Positions 41,694 to 54,524 of a DNA stretch of 64,000 nt are shown here, one piece after another. The notes beneath the pieces were generated by a model. That model was not told the DNA's origin, made no database searches, and was given only the letters and a program-made list of their open reading frames with translations. How positions within the stretch are numbered: the stretch's first letter is position 1; each line of letters starts with the position of its first letter. The position numbers and the translations under genes are program-made. The stretch is from Eledone cirrhosa (taxonomy: Eukaryota), in contig OZ024743.1 of the NCBI GenBank assembly GCA_964016885.1, forward strand, positions 288,238,001 through 288,302,000. The letters are read 5' to 3'.

Positions 41694-44600
41694 TTCTTCT
41701 GATTTTATAATTTCACAAATTTTTTCCCAATAGAGAGAGAGTCGGTTTCTAACATAGACACAAGTCTCTCTCACTGGAATTTACACATCAACTAAGTAGA
41801 TTATGTATGCATGCATGTGTAGATATGGATGTTATTGTATGTGTGGATGTGGATGTTTTGAGTTGTATGTGTGCATGTGTATATGCTTTGTATCTGTACA
41901 TGTATATATGCAGTTATTAGATGCAATATTTTTGGAATGTTTTACATATTTTTACTGTTTCATTAATGGATTGTACTTGTAATTTCCTAACTAGTTGTGT
42001 TCTTTCTGTTCCTGTGAAGCCTAGCTTCTCAAGATTTGTATTGAGGCAGTTACTAACATACCCCAGTGCCTCAATAATCACAGGCATAAATCTGAAAGTG
42101 TAATCAGGGTGGAGTATCTGCAGATTTCTCATCAGTTCTGCATAAATATTCTCCTTTTCGCTAATCTTTGATATTATATTGGCATCTGCTGGGCAGCTAA
42201 TTTCCACTACTGTGCATGCTTTCTTATCCTTGTCCCATATCATAATATCTGGTCTGTTATGCCTGCATTTCATTTGGGTTTTTACTGGAACATTCCACCT
42301 GTACTCTTTCATATTATGTACATGGATGTCTTCCACATTGCTGTAGCTTTTAATGTGTTTATTATCCCGGCTATCTTTTTTACGAACTGCATTGTACAGT
42401 GTTTTGGCCACTACATCATGCATCATAGGTAGATAGTACCGCGATGACATCTTTGGACAGCTTCTGATGACATGGGTGATATATTCGATGTTAGTTCTGC
42501 AGAGTCTGCACTTGTTATCACATCTAGGTGTTTTGCCTATCTCTTTTGTGATTCCCTATCTCTTTTGTGAATCAGGTATTTCGTGTTAATTACCTGTCCT
42601 TGGATTGCAAAAGCGTATCCTTCAAAGTGGGAGCCAATATAGCGGTTGTTGGTCCAAGATAGACTACTTTCCTTATCTATATTACTCTCACTCTGGAGCT
42701 TCCTGGCAACATATCCATGCATGATTTTTTTGCTGATAAGCATGCAGTTTTTCATCCATGGATTCACTGTGATACTGCTGAGCGACTTCCCTGGATGTGA
42801 GTTTTTGATTATCACACAGGGAATATCTCTCGAGAAGTTCCTTCCCAACTCTCATGATCTTATCATGCAGATAGACTTGCTCGAGAGACGGGCTCCTACG
42901 CTTCGAGGTTCGTAGATGTTGTCGTAGGCATATGATGCGACATTCAAATGCTGTCTGGACTGATGTTAGGCCTCTGCCTCCCTGCTTACGTTTCAAATAA
43001 AGGCGGTCTATGTCTCTGTTGATGTGGAAGTTTCCGGTGTTGTTTAGTACTTTTCGAGTTCCAACATCAACTGCTCGGATTTCGTCTATCGTCCAATTGA
43101 GTATTCCAAACGTTGGTGTTAGGACAGGCACAGCAAACACATTGTGAGCCACTGTTTTGCTTTGTGCAGAGAGTTCCGATGACGAAATCTTTCTTATGCG
43201 GGTGTAGTATTCCCTGGTTACGCGTTCCTTATTACAGATACCATTAAGGGATATGTTCTCATCTATCCCCAGGTATCTGTAGCAGTCCTCATCAGATATC
43301 GGTGAAACAGTTAGGCCATTGATGACAATGTTGCTAGATTGGGTTGTTGTTTTTCCCCGCTTTACAGTCATATATGAGCATTTATTTTGGCCAAACTCCA
43401 TTCGTATATCCTTTGAGAACGTTGTAACCAGGCCAAGATTTTTCTTCATCCCATCCATGTTCTTGGCATAAAGTTTCAGATCGTCCACAAAGAAGTTATG
43501 GGTTAGGTTCGTATTTTTGTCCTCCTGTGAGTCAATGATGTATCCTTCACATTTCTTCAGCAGAAAGGACAAGGGGTTTAATGACAAGATGAATAATATC
43601 ACAGAGGGAGTGTCTAGCTGAAATATATCCCTGCGATATTTTATTTTATAAGTGAAAATAGAGTCCTCCCTCTCTGTCTTTAACTTTAGGATAGTAGCCC
43701 AGAAGAAGACAGCTTCTCTATGGCTCTGATAATAATGTCAGGGGATTTAGCAAGTTGGAGGGCCTCTATCATCCAAGAATGGAGAGCAGAATCGAAAGCT
43801 TTCCTGTAGTCCAGCCAGACTGTAGCCATATTCCTCCTAAGTTGTCGCACCTCCGACATCGGAGTTTTGTCGGTTAGGAGTTGTTCAGCACATCCCCAAA
43901 CCTTTTTCTTTCCAGCTTCTTATTCATCTGTGATGATGTTATTATTTTCACAGTGATCTTGGAGGAATAGGTTCAGGCAGGCTGTATACATCTTATATAT
44001 CAGGTTCTGGCATGCAATGGGTCGGTAGTTTTTTGCCAAGTGGATGTCTTTGTTCTTGGGGACCAGTAATGTTTGTGCTAATGTCAACCATTCTGGTATA
44101 AGTGTATCTCCCTTAAGAACTTGTTGGTAGAGGTCAGTAAGATACCTCCAATAGAATATCAGTTTTTTGTACCAGTAGCCGACAATCATGTCTTTTCCTG
44201 GTGTTTTCTTATCTTGGAGTTTTCCTAGCATAGTCTCAAGGGTACCCTCACTTATTTAGTATGTTTTTTTTGTAGTGTAGGAGCAATAGTTCTTTCGGAT
44301 TTCTTTTAGCCACACTGCATCTTGGTTGAAATTCTTCTTTTCACCCAATATTTTGCTCAAAAAGGAATCTATGTCTTTCTGGGATGGGGCCTCAGTGACA
44401 CTTATTATTTTGTTCTTCATATCTTTATAGACTGATGTTTGGTTTCGTCTGAATCTTTTATTAAGCACTTTTCTCTCATCTACCTTCTTCAGGTATCGGC
44501 GTTTTTCGCTAACCGCTCTCAATTCTTGTTTAAGGGTGATCAGCTTATAGTGAAAAGTTCTGGTTCTACTGTTACCAAACATCGTCTCTATTTTATTTTT

Positions 44601-45850
44601 CACTCTTTGTTGGTGAGGAGTGAGGTTTTTTTGTGTTTGTTTGCATGGAAGGAACATTGTCACATATTCTATGGTTTTTCGTAGGTCAGCAATTTTTTTT
44701 TCTATTTTAGTTATATATGATGATATGTTTGGTGGTGTTTTGTTCTTGTTAATATCTCTGCTATCACCAAGATAATGCTTCACTGTCGTTGCTAAGGCAT
44801 ATAAACAGGCGTTGATTTGCCAAAATGTTGGGGTTTTTATCCGTCGTAAATATTCATCCCCTATTTCGTCAATAACACGTAATATTTCATTATTTGTTTT
44901 TATTGTTTTTCTTTATTAAATATTGTCGTTTTAATACGTTCAGCAAGAGAGATTTCTTTTAGCCACACTGCATCTTGGTTGAAATTCTTCTTTTCACCCC
45001 ATATTTCTCTCTGGAAGGTTTTGTTGAGGGAAATTTTCAATTGTTTATACGTTTGATTATTATCATTATCGATAGTATTTTCCACAACAGTCGAGGTAGA
45101 CTCGGATGGTACACGTGGTGTCAAATTTCTTCGATTATTATTATTATCGATAGTGTTTTCCCCAGCATTCGATGTAGACTTAGATGGTACAGGTGGTGTC
45201 AAGTTTCTTACAGGCATAGTTGCTTCAAGGCACTGTTCGACCTGGCTGCTAGGAAGTCTAGTAGCATGGCGACCTGTAGCACGTGTTGTTGATCCCATGT
45301 TTGTTGTGGGGGACTTACAATTAATAATATTTATCTTATTTTTACGTTCAACAAACGTCGCTTGTTGGCGTAATTGTTTCGCTGTGAAATAATTTAGCTC
45401 TGGATGCATTTCGTCCCAGTGTAGCTTCCTTCTGTTCATATAACCAATGGAGGGATTGTTTTTTGCCATTTTATAACATTTAAATAAATCATCATTAAGT
45501 ACGCAACTCCAAGAGAAATGCGATTTATAATTTCGGTTTCTTCTGTAGCTACAACTGAATAAAGTTTGTTTACCTTTCTTGTTGTTTGTCTTCGATACTT
45601 CCTTAATTGTGTTGTTGATGTTGTGTTCAGCCATGCTGTTTGTAGCAAATCCTTGTAAAATGGATTATGTATTTAGTCGGATATCTCTACCAATTCAAAT
45701 AAAAGGTGTCTTCAGAAGATATAGTTAGAAGAATAACCAGTTATTCAACATGACTGTAGTTGTGGCATTACTGTCGGAGATAGTATTCATCTTAAATTTA
45801 ATAAATAGTCTCCCACGCCAAAATATGCGACTGATCGCGTTGACTGTGAT
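41694..45850 (-). mobile_element. Near full-length R4/Dong-clade non-LTR retrotransposon (RT, CCHC knuckle, restriction-like endonuclease), disrupted by stops and frameshifts
   Basis: ORF pieces: Myb-like N-terminus (WSCVLNDDLFKCY...GYMNRRKLHW), NYRPIACQN, WLDYRKAFDS, HNFFVDDLKLYA, YRYLGI, RLYLKRKQGGRGL, CRLC...THVIRSC, HNRPDIMIWDK...VVEISCP (PD-(D/E)xK); both ends abut CATA repeats. Confidence 0.9.
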
Positions 45851-45940
45851 GTATGTATGTATGTATGTATGTATGTATGTATGTATGTATGTATGTATGT
45901 ATGTATGTATGTATGTATGTATGTATGTATGTATGTACAC

Positions 45941-46350
45941 ATTCTAGGAGAAGGAAATGTACATGTATGTACACATTCTAGGAGAAGGAAAACTCTGGTA
46001 TAACACCTGCAACTCTGATGGTATCCAATGATGTTGACTTGTTCTTCTTTTTGGTAAATATCATCTTGGTTAAGAGAGTGGGACTGGCTTTGTGCAGTGC
46101 CTTTGCTCACTATAAAAGCTTCACGGCACAGGCATTGCTTTATATCTGGAGATCTCTCTGCACTTGTCGTCACATGGTACCATGGGCCCAGCACTATGTG
46201 TCAATAATTGTCACAAGTGTAGTGTTTGTACCAGAGTTTTCAAGTCGCTGGCTGTACTAAAAAGTCACACTCGTTCAGCGCATCGGTAGGGGTTCTCCTA
46301 CATGGATATAAAGTAGTGGCCGTACTCGAAAACGAGTTGGCAGCCACCAT
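45941..46350 (+). mobile_element. RTE-derived bipartite non-autonomous element, family B (5'-truncated copy of 55284-55890)
   Basis: Near-identical to 55515-55890; (TATG)n tail. Confidence 0.75.
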
Positions 46351-47134
46351 GTACACATGACTGTGATGTATGTATGTACATATGTATGTATGTACACATG
46401 ACTGTGATGTATGTATGTATGTATGTATGTACATATGTATGTATATGTGTGTATGTATGTATATGTGTGTATGTATATATGTATGTACGCATGTATGTAT
46501 GCATATGTGTGTATGTATGTGTGTGTATGTTTGTAAACAATAGACTCTCAGGTGATTTGTAATGTCGAATTCCTGTAGCAAAACATTTTAAAAGTTTAGC
46601 ATGCTCACGTCCCATAGGTAAAAACCGATGTTTTTAATGGCTAAGATGGAGTATCTGTATATAAAGATGTTCATATTTTTAATGTAGGCTTTGATTTACA
46701 TACTTTATTCAAATATCTTTTGTTTTGGTAGTAATGATATACGAAGAATGAAAGAGTATATATGAACCGTAAGCCGTTGAAATGTCATATATTTGTTATT
46801 TGTTTATACGATAAACATTAAATATATAAGAAAACTTCTCAATACAAACGGCTAAATCTCTTTACCTCTATGTAATTGTAGCATCCATGTTATCTGCTCT
46901 CCCAACGGCATATGTCTTTCTAAAGCATTAATGTATCATGTTACAAATTATATTGCAAAAAAAAGTAAAAGCAAAACATCATATAAAACTTAGTGAAAAT
47001 CATTTAAAGAATGAATCTCCACCATATCTTCCAATTACAATAGTTAGAGAGACGTTAATATTCAGTTCTTTTATCAATCTAGACTGAAATATGCGAGAAT
47101 TTTTCTCCGCCGCCATGTTGGCTCAAAACTAGCA

Positions 47135-47830
47135 TAATTCCAATTCCAAAGGAAGGTAATCTTTCATCACCGAAAATCTACCGTGGAATCTCATTAATGT
47201 ATATTGCTGTTAAAGTGTACAACAAGATTATTCTAAACCATGTTATACCTTTGATTGACCAATTTTTCGCACCAACCAGAATGGTTTTAGACGTGGAAGG
47301 TCCACTCTTTCACAGATTCTAGCACTAAGAAGGATTATTGAGGAGATCAGAAAATCAAACAGAGAAATGGATCTCGTTTTCGTTGATTTCAAAAAGGCTT
47401 TTGACAGCATAAATAGAGATACTCTTTGAAATACTCCCACTGTATGGCACACGTTCCAGGAGTGTGGAAATGATCAAAGTCCTTTATGAGAACACTAGTG
47501 CCACAATTATCTCACCTGACAGCACAATCGACTTCTTTGAAATCTTTGCAGGAGTGTTACAAGGTGACACACTTGCTCCATTCCTAGTTGTCATTGTTTT
47601 AGTTTTCGAAATAAGAACGTCATTGGACACACTCTATGATAAAGGTATTACCATCAAACCTCGAAAAAGTTCCTGGCTCGCTTCAACTCAGCTCACAGAT
47701 CTCAACTTTGCTGACGACATTTCTCTTCTAGCAGACTGTATGGAGAATGCCGAACATCTCCTTTTTTTCGCTTCAAGAAGCAGCTGCTCTCATCGAATTT
47801 TAACTTTATGAAGACAACACGGAAATCATC
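47135..47830 (+). mobile_element. RTE-clade LINE RT fragment (pseudogenised)
   Basis: YRGISLM...QNGFRRGRSTLSQILALRRIIE...FVDFKKAFDSI...GVLQGDTLAPFL...DLNFADDISLL. Confidence 0.9.
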
Positions 47831-48008
47831 TCTAACTCTTCATCTGAATTCATCCTCAAAGCTCAAGAAGATGGCAGTGCTATCAAAAAGTACCACGGAT
47901 CCTGGATCATGTATTCTGGGAAGGACATACCACCAGAAAAGACCAAGCATGATCAGCTTGCAACATGTCAGACCGTATTTGGCTCTCCAATCTTCCTAAC
48001 ACCTCCAA

Positions 48009-48210
48009 CACGAGGGTTTACTGAAAAGTTCATAGGCTGACTATTAAGGATTGATACTAGAGTTGTGAAATCCTGCCTACATTAATTTCAAATCTTCTTG
48101 TTAATAACTGCATTGCTTCCTTCCACGGACTATGAAGAAAAATAAGCCTCATTTGTTTATTACATGGAAGTATCTTGGTCATCCTATGAACTTTTCATCC
48201 GTTCTTCGTG
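48009..48210. mobile_element. mariner-type MITE
   Basis: Imperfect ~33-bp TIRs CACGAGGGTTTACTGAAAAGTTCATAGGCTGAC and GTCATCCTATGAACTTTTCATCCGTTCTTCGTG. Confidence 0.7.
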
Positions 48211-48308
48211 TGTATATATATATATGTATATATATATATATAAATGTAAGTATACACATTTATGTATCAGCTGTGCTAGGGCGAGAAATAAAATTCCAAT
48301 TTTATATA

Positions 48309-48436
<128 letters not shown>

Positions 48437-48449
48437 TATATAAAATTGG

Positions 48450-48485
<36 letters not shown>

Positions 48486-48555
48486 GTAGGTCCCGGGTTG
48501 AGTCGGGGATAACCACAGTAAGTAAGGTACTCAATACATGGCAGAGCAAAATTTT

Positions 48556-48680
48556 TTTATTTTATAGAAGGAGCTTCTACAGGACTAGTACTGTTTCATT
48601 CAGATGAAATCTTCAGGAAGCTTCCTGAAGATTTCATCTGAATGAAACAGTACTAGTCCTGTAGAAGCTCCTTCTATAAA

Positions 48681-48685
<5 letters not shown>
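48556..48685. repeat. Perfect 130-bp palindrome (no spacer) carrying a hammerhead motif on each strand
   Basis: Centre AAG|CTT at 48620/48621. Confidence 0.95.
48619..48669 (+). ncRNA. Type I hammerhead ribozyme motif (mirror copy 48572-48622 on the minus strand)
   Basis: AGCTTC-CTGAAGA-TTTCATCTGAAT-GAAA-CAG-TACTAGTC-CTG-TA-GAAGCT; 6-bp stem I, GUA site, U-U mismatch at the base of stem II. Confidence 0.7.
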
Positions 48686-48775
<90 letters not shown>

Positions 48776-48989
48776 CATAAATACATCAATACATACATAC
48801 ACACATGCATATCACCAACATCCATGCAATAAACCACATCTCCGCCATAACACCCACCAGCACTACCATGGCCACTGCTGCCAACTCTACCATTACCTCC
48901 AGGTTGAAACTCATACACAGTTATACTTTCTTCATCCTTCGAACACCATCACCAAAAATCACAACTGCAGCAGCAGCAGCAGCACCATA

Positions 48990-50142
48990 AACAATACCGC
49001 CACCACCACCACCATCATCACCACCATCATCATTACCACTATCATCATCATCACCAGCACCATCATCATCATCATCATCACCACCACCTCCACCATCACC
49101 ACCACCACTACCACCACTATCACCACTTCCACCACCACTACTACTACCACCACCACCATCACTACCATCACCACCACCATCACCACAACCACCACCACCG
49201 CCACCACCACTACCACCACTATCACCACTTCCACCACCACTACTACCACCACCACCACCATCACTACCATCACCACCACCATCACCACAACCACCACCAC
49301 CACCACCACCACTACCACCACTATCACCACTTCCACCACCACTACTACCACCACCACCATCACTACCATCACCACCACCACCACTACTACCACCACCACC
49401 ACCATCACTACCATCACCACCACCACCACCACAACCACCACCACCACCACCAACACTACCACCACTATCACCACTTCCACCACCACTACTACCACCACCA
49501 CCACCATCACTACCATCACCACCACCACCACCACCACCACTACCACCACCACCACCACCACTACCACCACTATCACCACTTCCACCACCACTACCACCAC
49601 CACCATCACTACCATCACCATCACCACCACCACCACCACCACCACTACCACCACTATCACCACTTCCACCACCACTACTACCACCACCACCACCATCACT
49701 ACCACCACCACCACCACCATCACCACCACCACCACCACCACCACCACTACCACCACTATCACCACTTCCACCACCACTACTACCACCACCACCACCATCA
49801 CTACCATCACCACCACCACCACCACCACCACCACCACCACCACCACCACCACCACCACCACCACCACCACCACTACCACCACTATCACCACTACCACCAC
49901 CACTACTACCACCACCACCACCATCACTACCATCGCTACCACCATCACCACCACCACCATCACCACCACCACCACCACCACCACCACCACCACCACCACC
50001 ACCACCACCACAACCACAATCACTACCATCACCTCCACCACCACCCCAAACACCACCACCAACATCACCTCCATCACCACCGCCGTCGCCACCACCACCA
50101 CCACCACCACCACCACCACAACCTCCACCTCCACCTCCACCA
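48990..50142. repeat. (ACC)n-derived compound repeat
   Basis: ACC/ACT/ATC triplets with recurring ACTATCACCACTTCC modules. Confidence 0.95.
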
Positions 50143-50489
50143 TCAATGCTCAAACTAACACCTTTTATTGTATTCACATCCACTCCCACAATTCTTTCCT
50201 CCCCCCCTCCTTCCCATCACACATGTATGCCAAAGCAGTTCCAGCCACTCACCCGCCCCCGCCGCCCACTCTAAAACGTCTGTTGTTGCCTTTTGTTATT
50301 TAATTTTCCACCTTATACCCAACTGTAATATTTCACTCGACCTTCCCCGCCTACTGAAATGGCTGTCTCCCGCCTATATGGAGTCTTTATATATATACGT
50401 ATGTATGTATGTATGTATGTATGTATGTATGTATGTATGTATGTATGTATGTATGTATGTATGTATGTATGTGTGTGTATGTATGTATG

Positions 50490-50523
<34 letters not shown>

Positions 50524-50689
50524 TGTATGTATGTATGCATTCATGTATGTATGTATGTATGCATGTATGTATGTATGTAAATATATATATATAAATAAAC
50601 ATATATATATATAACTTATCCTTTATATATATATATATACATATAAATATATATATATATATACGTTTGTATATATATATATATATATA

Positions 50690-50753
<64 letters not shown>

Positions 50754-51343
50754 TATATAATTTATTTATTTTTTTCTTTTTGCGTTATATATTTATTTAT
50801 TTATTTACAATTTATTTATTGCCATTTTGTCACCACTTAATTGTTCTTTTTTGAACCGTGTATAATTATTATTGAGGGGCAAGAAGTTTGTAGAATGGGC
50901 AGACAGCATAGAGCGACATATACAATGCCTTGCTTGCGCTATATAGTTACAGACCTTTAAAGTCTGGATTCAAAGCCCACCGCAATCGAATTAGCCTTTC
51001 ATCTTTCTGGAGTCGATTAAATATATACCAGTTTTGTTTATATAGTCCACTTTCACCCTACGCTAAACAATTGTATGATGTTCCTCTGAGAAAACTTTCT
51101 TTTTACTCTGCTTCCCCCTATCAGTTGAGAGACTAGCGTCTGAAACACTGCTAACTGACTGATATTGAATGTGTTGTTATCTAGTGATGGGCGTTCATTT
51201 ATATATATGTATGTATATGTATATGTATATGTATATATATATATGAGAAAGATATCGATTTTCCAAAAACAATATAAAAAATTGGAAACATAGGAGGAGA
51301 AGTTAAAACAGCTCAAAATACAGTAAGTTATCATAATAAACAG

Positions 51344-51526
51344 GGCGGTGGATTGGCAGTATCAGTAAAGGGTCGTACGCCATGCTTTCCAGCATAGTCA
51401 CGTCCCTTTACGATCTGAGTTCAAATCCCGCCGAGGTTGACTTTGCCTTTCATCCTTACGGGGTCGATAAAATAAAGTACCAGTAATACACTGGGTAATT
51501 TCTGGCCTTGTGCCTAAAGTAGAAAC
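51344..51526 (+). mobile_element. tRNA-derived SINE with 18-bp TSD
   Basis: TSD AGTTATCATAATAAACAG at 51326-51343 and 51527-51544. Confidence 0.9.
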
Positions 51527-51686
51527 AGTTATCATAATAAACAGTACAAAAGGCTACGATTAATACTTCTTGGAAATATTTTTTTTCAAATAAGCATGTG
51601 TACAAAATCCTGTTAGGTTAAAAATAATAATTACGCATGAAGCAAATTGTTAAAGTAATTACCAAATACGTTTTTACATTAAATAT

Positions 51687-51731
51687 TGATTTACGAACGT
51701 TTCGTCCCCTTATTGGGCCTTATCAAAATCA
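51687..51731 (-). ncRNA. Type I hammerhead motif (U3-A8 variant)
   Basis: TGATT-TTGATAA-GGCCC-AATAAG-GGGAC-GAAA-CGTTCG-TA-AATCA; 5-bp stem I, one mismatch in stem II. Confidence 0.6.
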
Positions 51732-51822
51732 GTTATTTAAGAGTAAAAGTCTCATTATAAGCCTCACCAAACCGCTCAGCTGCCAGTAGTCAGAGAATTT
51801 GTTTACTCACACACACACACAC

Positions 51823-51872
<50 letters not shown>

Positions 51873-51957
51873 GAGGTTATATTTAATTTGTTGGGATACA
51901 AGCTCAAAAATATTTTTATAACTGATATAAAGCACTCAACAAATTATTGGAGTAAAT

Positions 51958-52260
51958 ATACAATATATTAACAAATGGAAACTATATTTATAATACCATA
52001 TTTATTTTATTATACATATTTCAAGGGCCATCAAGGCAAACTATGGTGCGCTTTCATGAGATAAAATACAATACAGATTAGTTTTATAAATAAATATTGA
52101 CATACCCTGAAAAAACGGTATGTCAATATTTATTTATAAAACTAATCTGTATTGTATTTTATCTGATGAAAGCGCAACATAATTTGCCACGGTGGCTCTT
52201 TAAATATGTAAAATAAAATAAATATGGTTTTATAAAAATAGTTTCCATTTGTTAATATAT

Positions 52261-52266
<6 letters not shown>
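51958..52266. repeat. Imperfect foldback, ~150-bp arms, 10-bp spacer
   Basis: ...AATATTGACATACC-CTGAAAAAAC-GGTATGTCAATATT... Confidence 0.9.
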
Positions 52267-52297
<31 letters not shown>

Positions 52298-52384
52298 ATA
52301 ATAAATTTGAAGACTAAAATCCAAAGAGGGCTCGATAAGGATAAATATATATCAGATATATAAGAACCGTAGAACAAATATTTA

Positions 52385-52990
52385 TTAAAATAACAGATTA
52401 AAGTTTAAGCAAAGAATCGCTGCTTTCACCCTAAACGGGATCTTCTGAAACTAAAAAAGTCAATCTGTGAACGCAGAAGTAAATATTTCAAAAAACGTTG
52501 CAACCGAAGGAAGACAGGAAGACGATTCTTTGGTTCGTGGAAACGTTCCCTGGTAAAGAACGGAAAAAACGAAGATAATACGTCATTATTTGGAGCGGTG
52601 AAAACAATTACACGCAAAGACAAAACCACGTTTATGGTATAAATAAAGTCGTAGACTAATATTCTATTAGATGGTTCATCGAGACGTCTCCATGAACCAT
52701 CTAAAAGAATATTAGTCTACGACTTTATTTATACCATAAACGTGGTTTTGTCTTTGTGTGTAATTGTTTTCACCGCTCCAAATAATGACGTATTATCTTC
52801 GTTTTTTTCCGTTCTTTACCAGGGAACGTTTCCACGAACCAAAGTATCGTCTTCCTGTCTTCCTTCGGTTGCAACGTTTTTCGAAATATTTACTTCTGCG
52901 TTCACAGATTGACTTTTTTAGTTTCAGAAGATGCCGTTAAGGGTGAAAGCAGCTATTCTTTGCTTAAACTTTAATCTGTTATTTTAATAT
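52385..52990. repeat. Foldback palindrome, ~295-bp arms, (TA)n-flanked
   Basis: Arms are nearly identical; centre CGAGACGTCTCC; termini match those of 2552-2685. Confidence 0.95.
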
Positions 52991-53235
52991 ATATATATAT
53001 ATATATATATAGTAATAATAAATGTGAAGACTAATATCTGAAAAGGGCTCGATAGCTATTATATATATATTAAAAAATATATATATATATAAATAAAAAC
53101 CCGTAGAAGGGTGAAAGCACCGATTCTTTCCTTAAACTTTAATCTGTACATATAATATGTGTGTGTGTGTACACATATGTATATGTATATATATATATAC
53201 ATAAACATATGTATATATATATATGTACATATATG

Positions 53236-53284
<49 letters not shown>

Positions 53285-53303
53285 CACACACACACACACA
53301 CAC

Positions 53304-53334
<31 letters not shown>

Positions 53335-53898
53335 AGTAGCTCGGGACCATGTTTACGAGTGATGGAAAGCAGGAGGTAGAATTATATGCAAGAATGATAT
53401 AGTTGGTGCAGCATTCGGTAACCAGAAGTGTAAAAGCCAAGCTCGCTATATTCAACTCGGTATTCGTGTCTGCGCTTACCTAAGGTCATGAATCTTGGGT
53501 AATGACCGAAAGTATACAATCACCAATAAAAGCCGCCGAAACGTGGGCCCCTCCGAAATTTCTTTGGAGAATCATTACTAGTCGCTCCAGGTAGAGCTGC
53601 TTCTTCTCGGAATTGAGAAATTACAGATCCGATACTATGGGCATGTGGTTAGAATGTCTCAGAAAAAAATCGCTGGACAGATGTTACGGGTAAAATAAAC
53701 TGGCAGCTGATACAGGGATAGACTCCGAACAAGATGGTTGGATTAGATCCATAAGCTTGGCTGGTCTCGCTTGGGGATACTTCCAGATCAGTTGGTTGCT
53801 TCTGACAGGACACGCTGGAAGGAGTGTTTGAGGACTGTGACTCAAGATCCTCCTAGGAATAAGGGGGCAAAGAAGAAGAAGAAAAAGAAGAAAAAAGA
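53335..53898 (+). mobile_element. RTE (Expander/Rex3-like) LINE 3' fragment
   Basis: LGTMFTSDGKQE...KAKLAIFNSVFVSALT*GHESWVMTE...YYGHVVRM; (AAG)n tail. Confidence 0.75.
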
Positions 53899-53939
<41 letters not shown>

Positions 53940-53943
53940 TTTA

Positions 53944-54009
<66 letters not shown>

Positions 54010-54034
54010 TATACATATATACATATATATATGT

Positions 54035-54090
<56 letters not shown>

Positions 54091-54379
54091 CTGCGTGTGT
54101 ATTTATAAACACACAAATATATTCATATATTCAACAATGAAGTGTTTATTTTTTCACTGTAAATAATGTTACACATATGTAAGAAGTAAAAAGTATAAAC
54201 AAATAAGTAAAATATTCGAGAGAATTAAAAACAGAGACTTCTTTTTACACGGCAGCGAGTTGGCACCTTCTACTACAATTCTGTTTACATATAATTGTAC
54301 ATTACTAGAACGCGTGTCAACTTGACATTTGAAATATTAGTTTGATGTTCGCTGTAATAGTAATTGTTTTGCTTTCTTA

Positions 54380-54524
54380 TACAAAGTGTTCAGAAAATCA
54401 TTATAGCGATATATCTATTTATAAATTTCAAATATTTTCAAGACTTACGAATAAACTTAGATTATGACAGTGAAATACAAATATACTTATATAAGTGACG
54501 CAAAAGCTTTCTGAATACTCTGTA
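54380..54524. mobile_element. Possible Tc1/mariner MITE
   Basis: TACAAAGTGTTCAGAAA and TTTCTGAATACTCTGTA form imperfect TIRs. Confidence 0.4.

Noticed and set aside
48741-50303. 520-aa Thr-rich, 422-aa Gly-rich and 395-aa Val-rich ORFs
   Set aside because: An (ACC)n repeat open in several frames on both strands; the longest ORF starts inside a microsatellite and has no domain or splice evidence.
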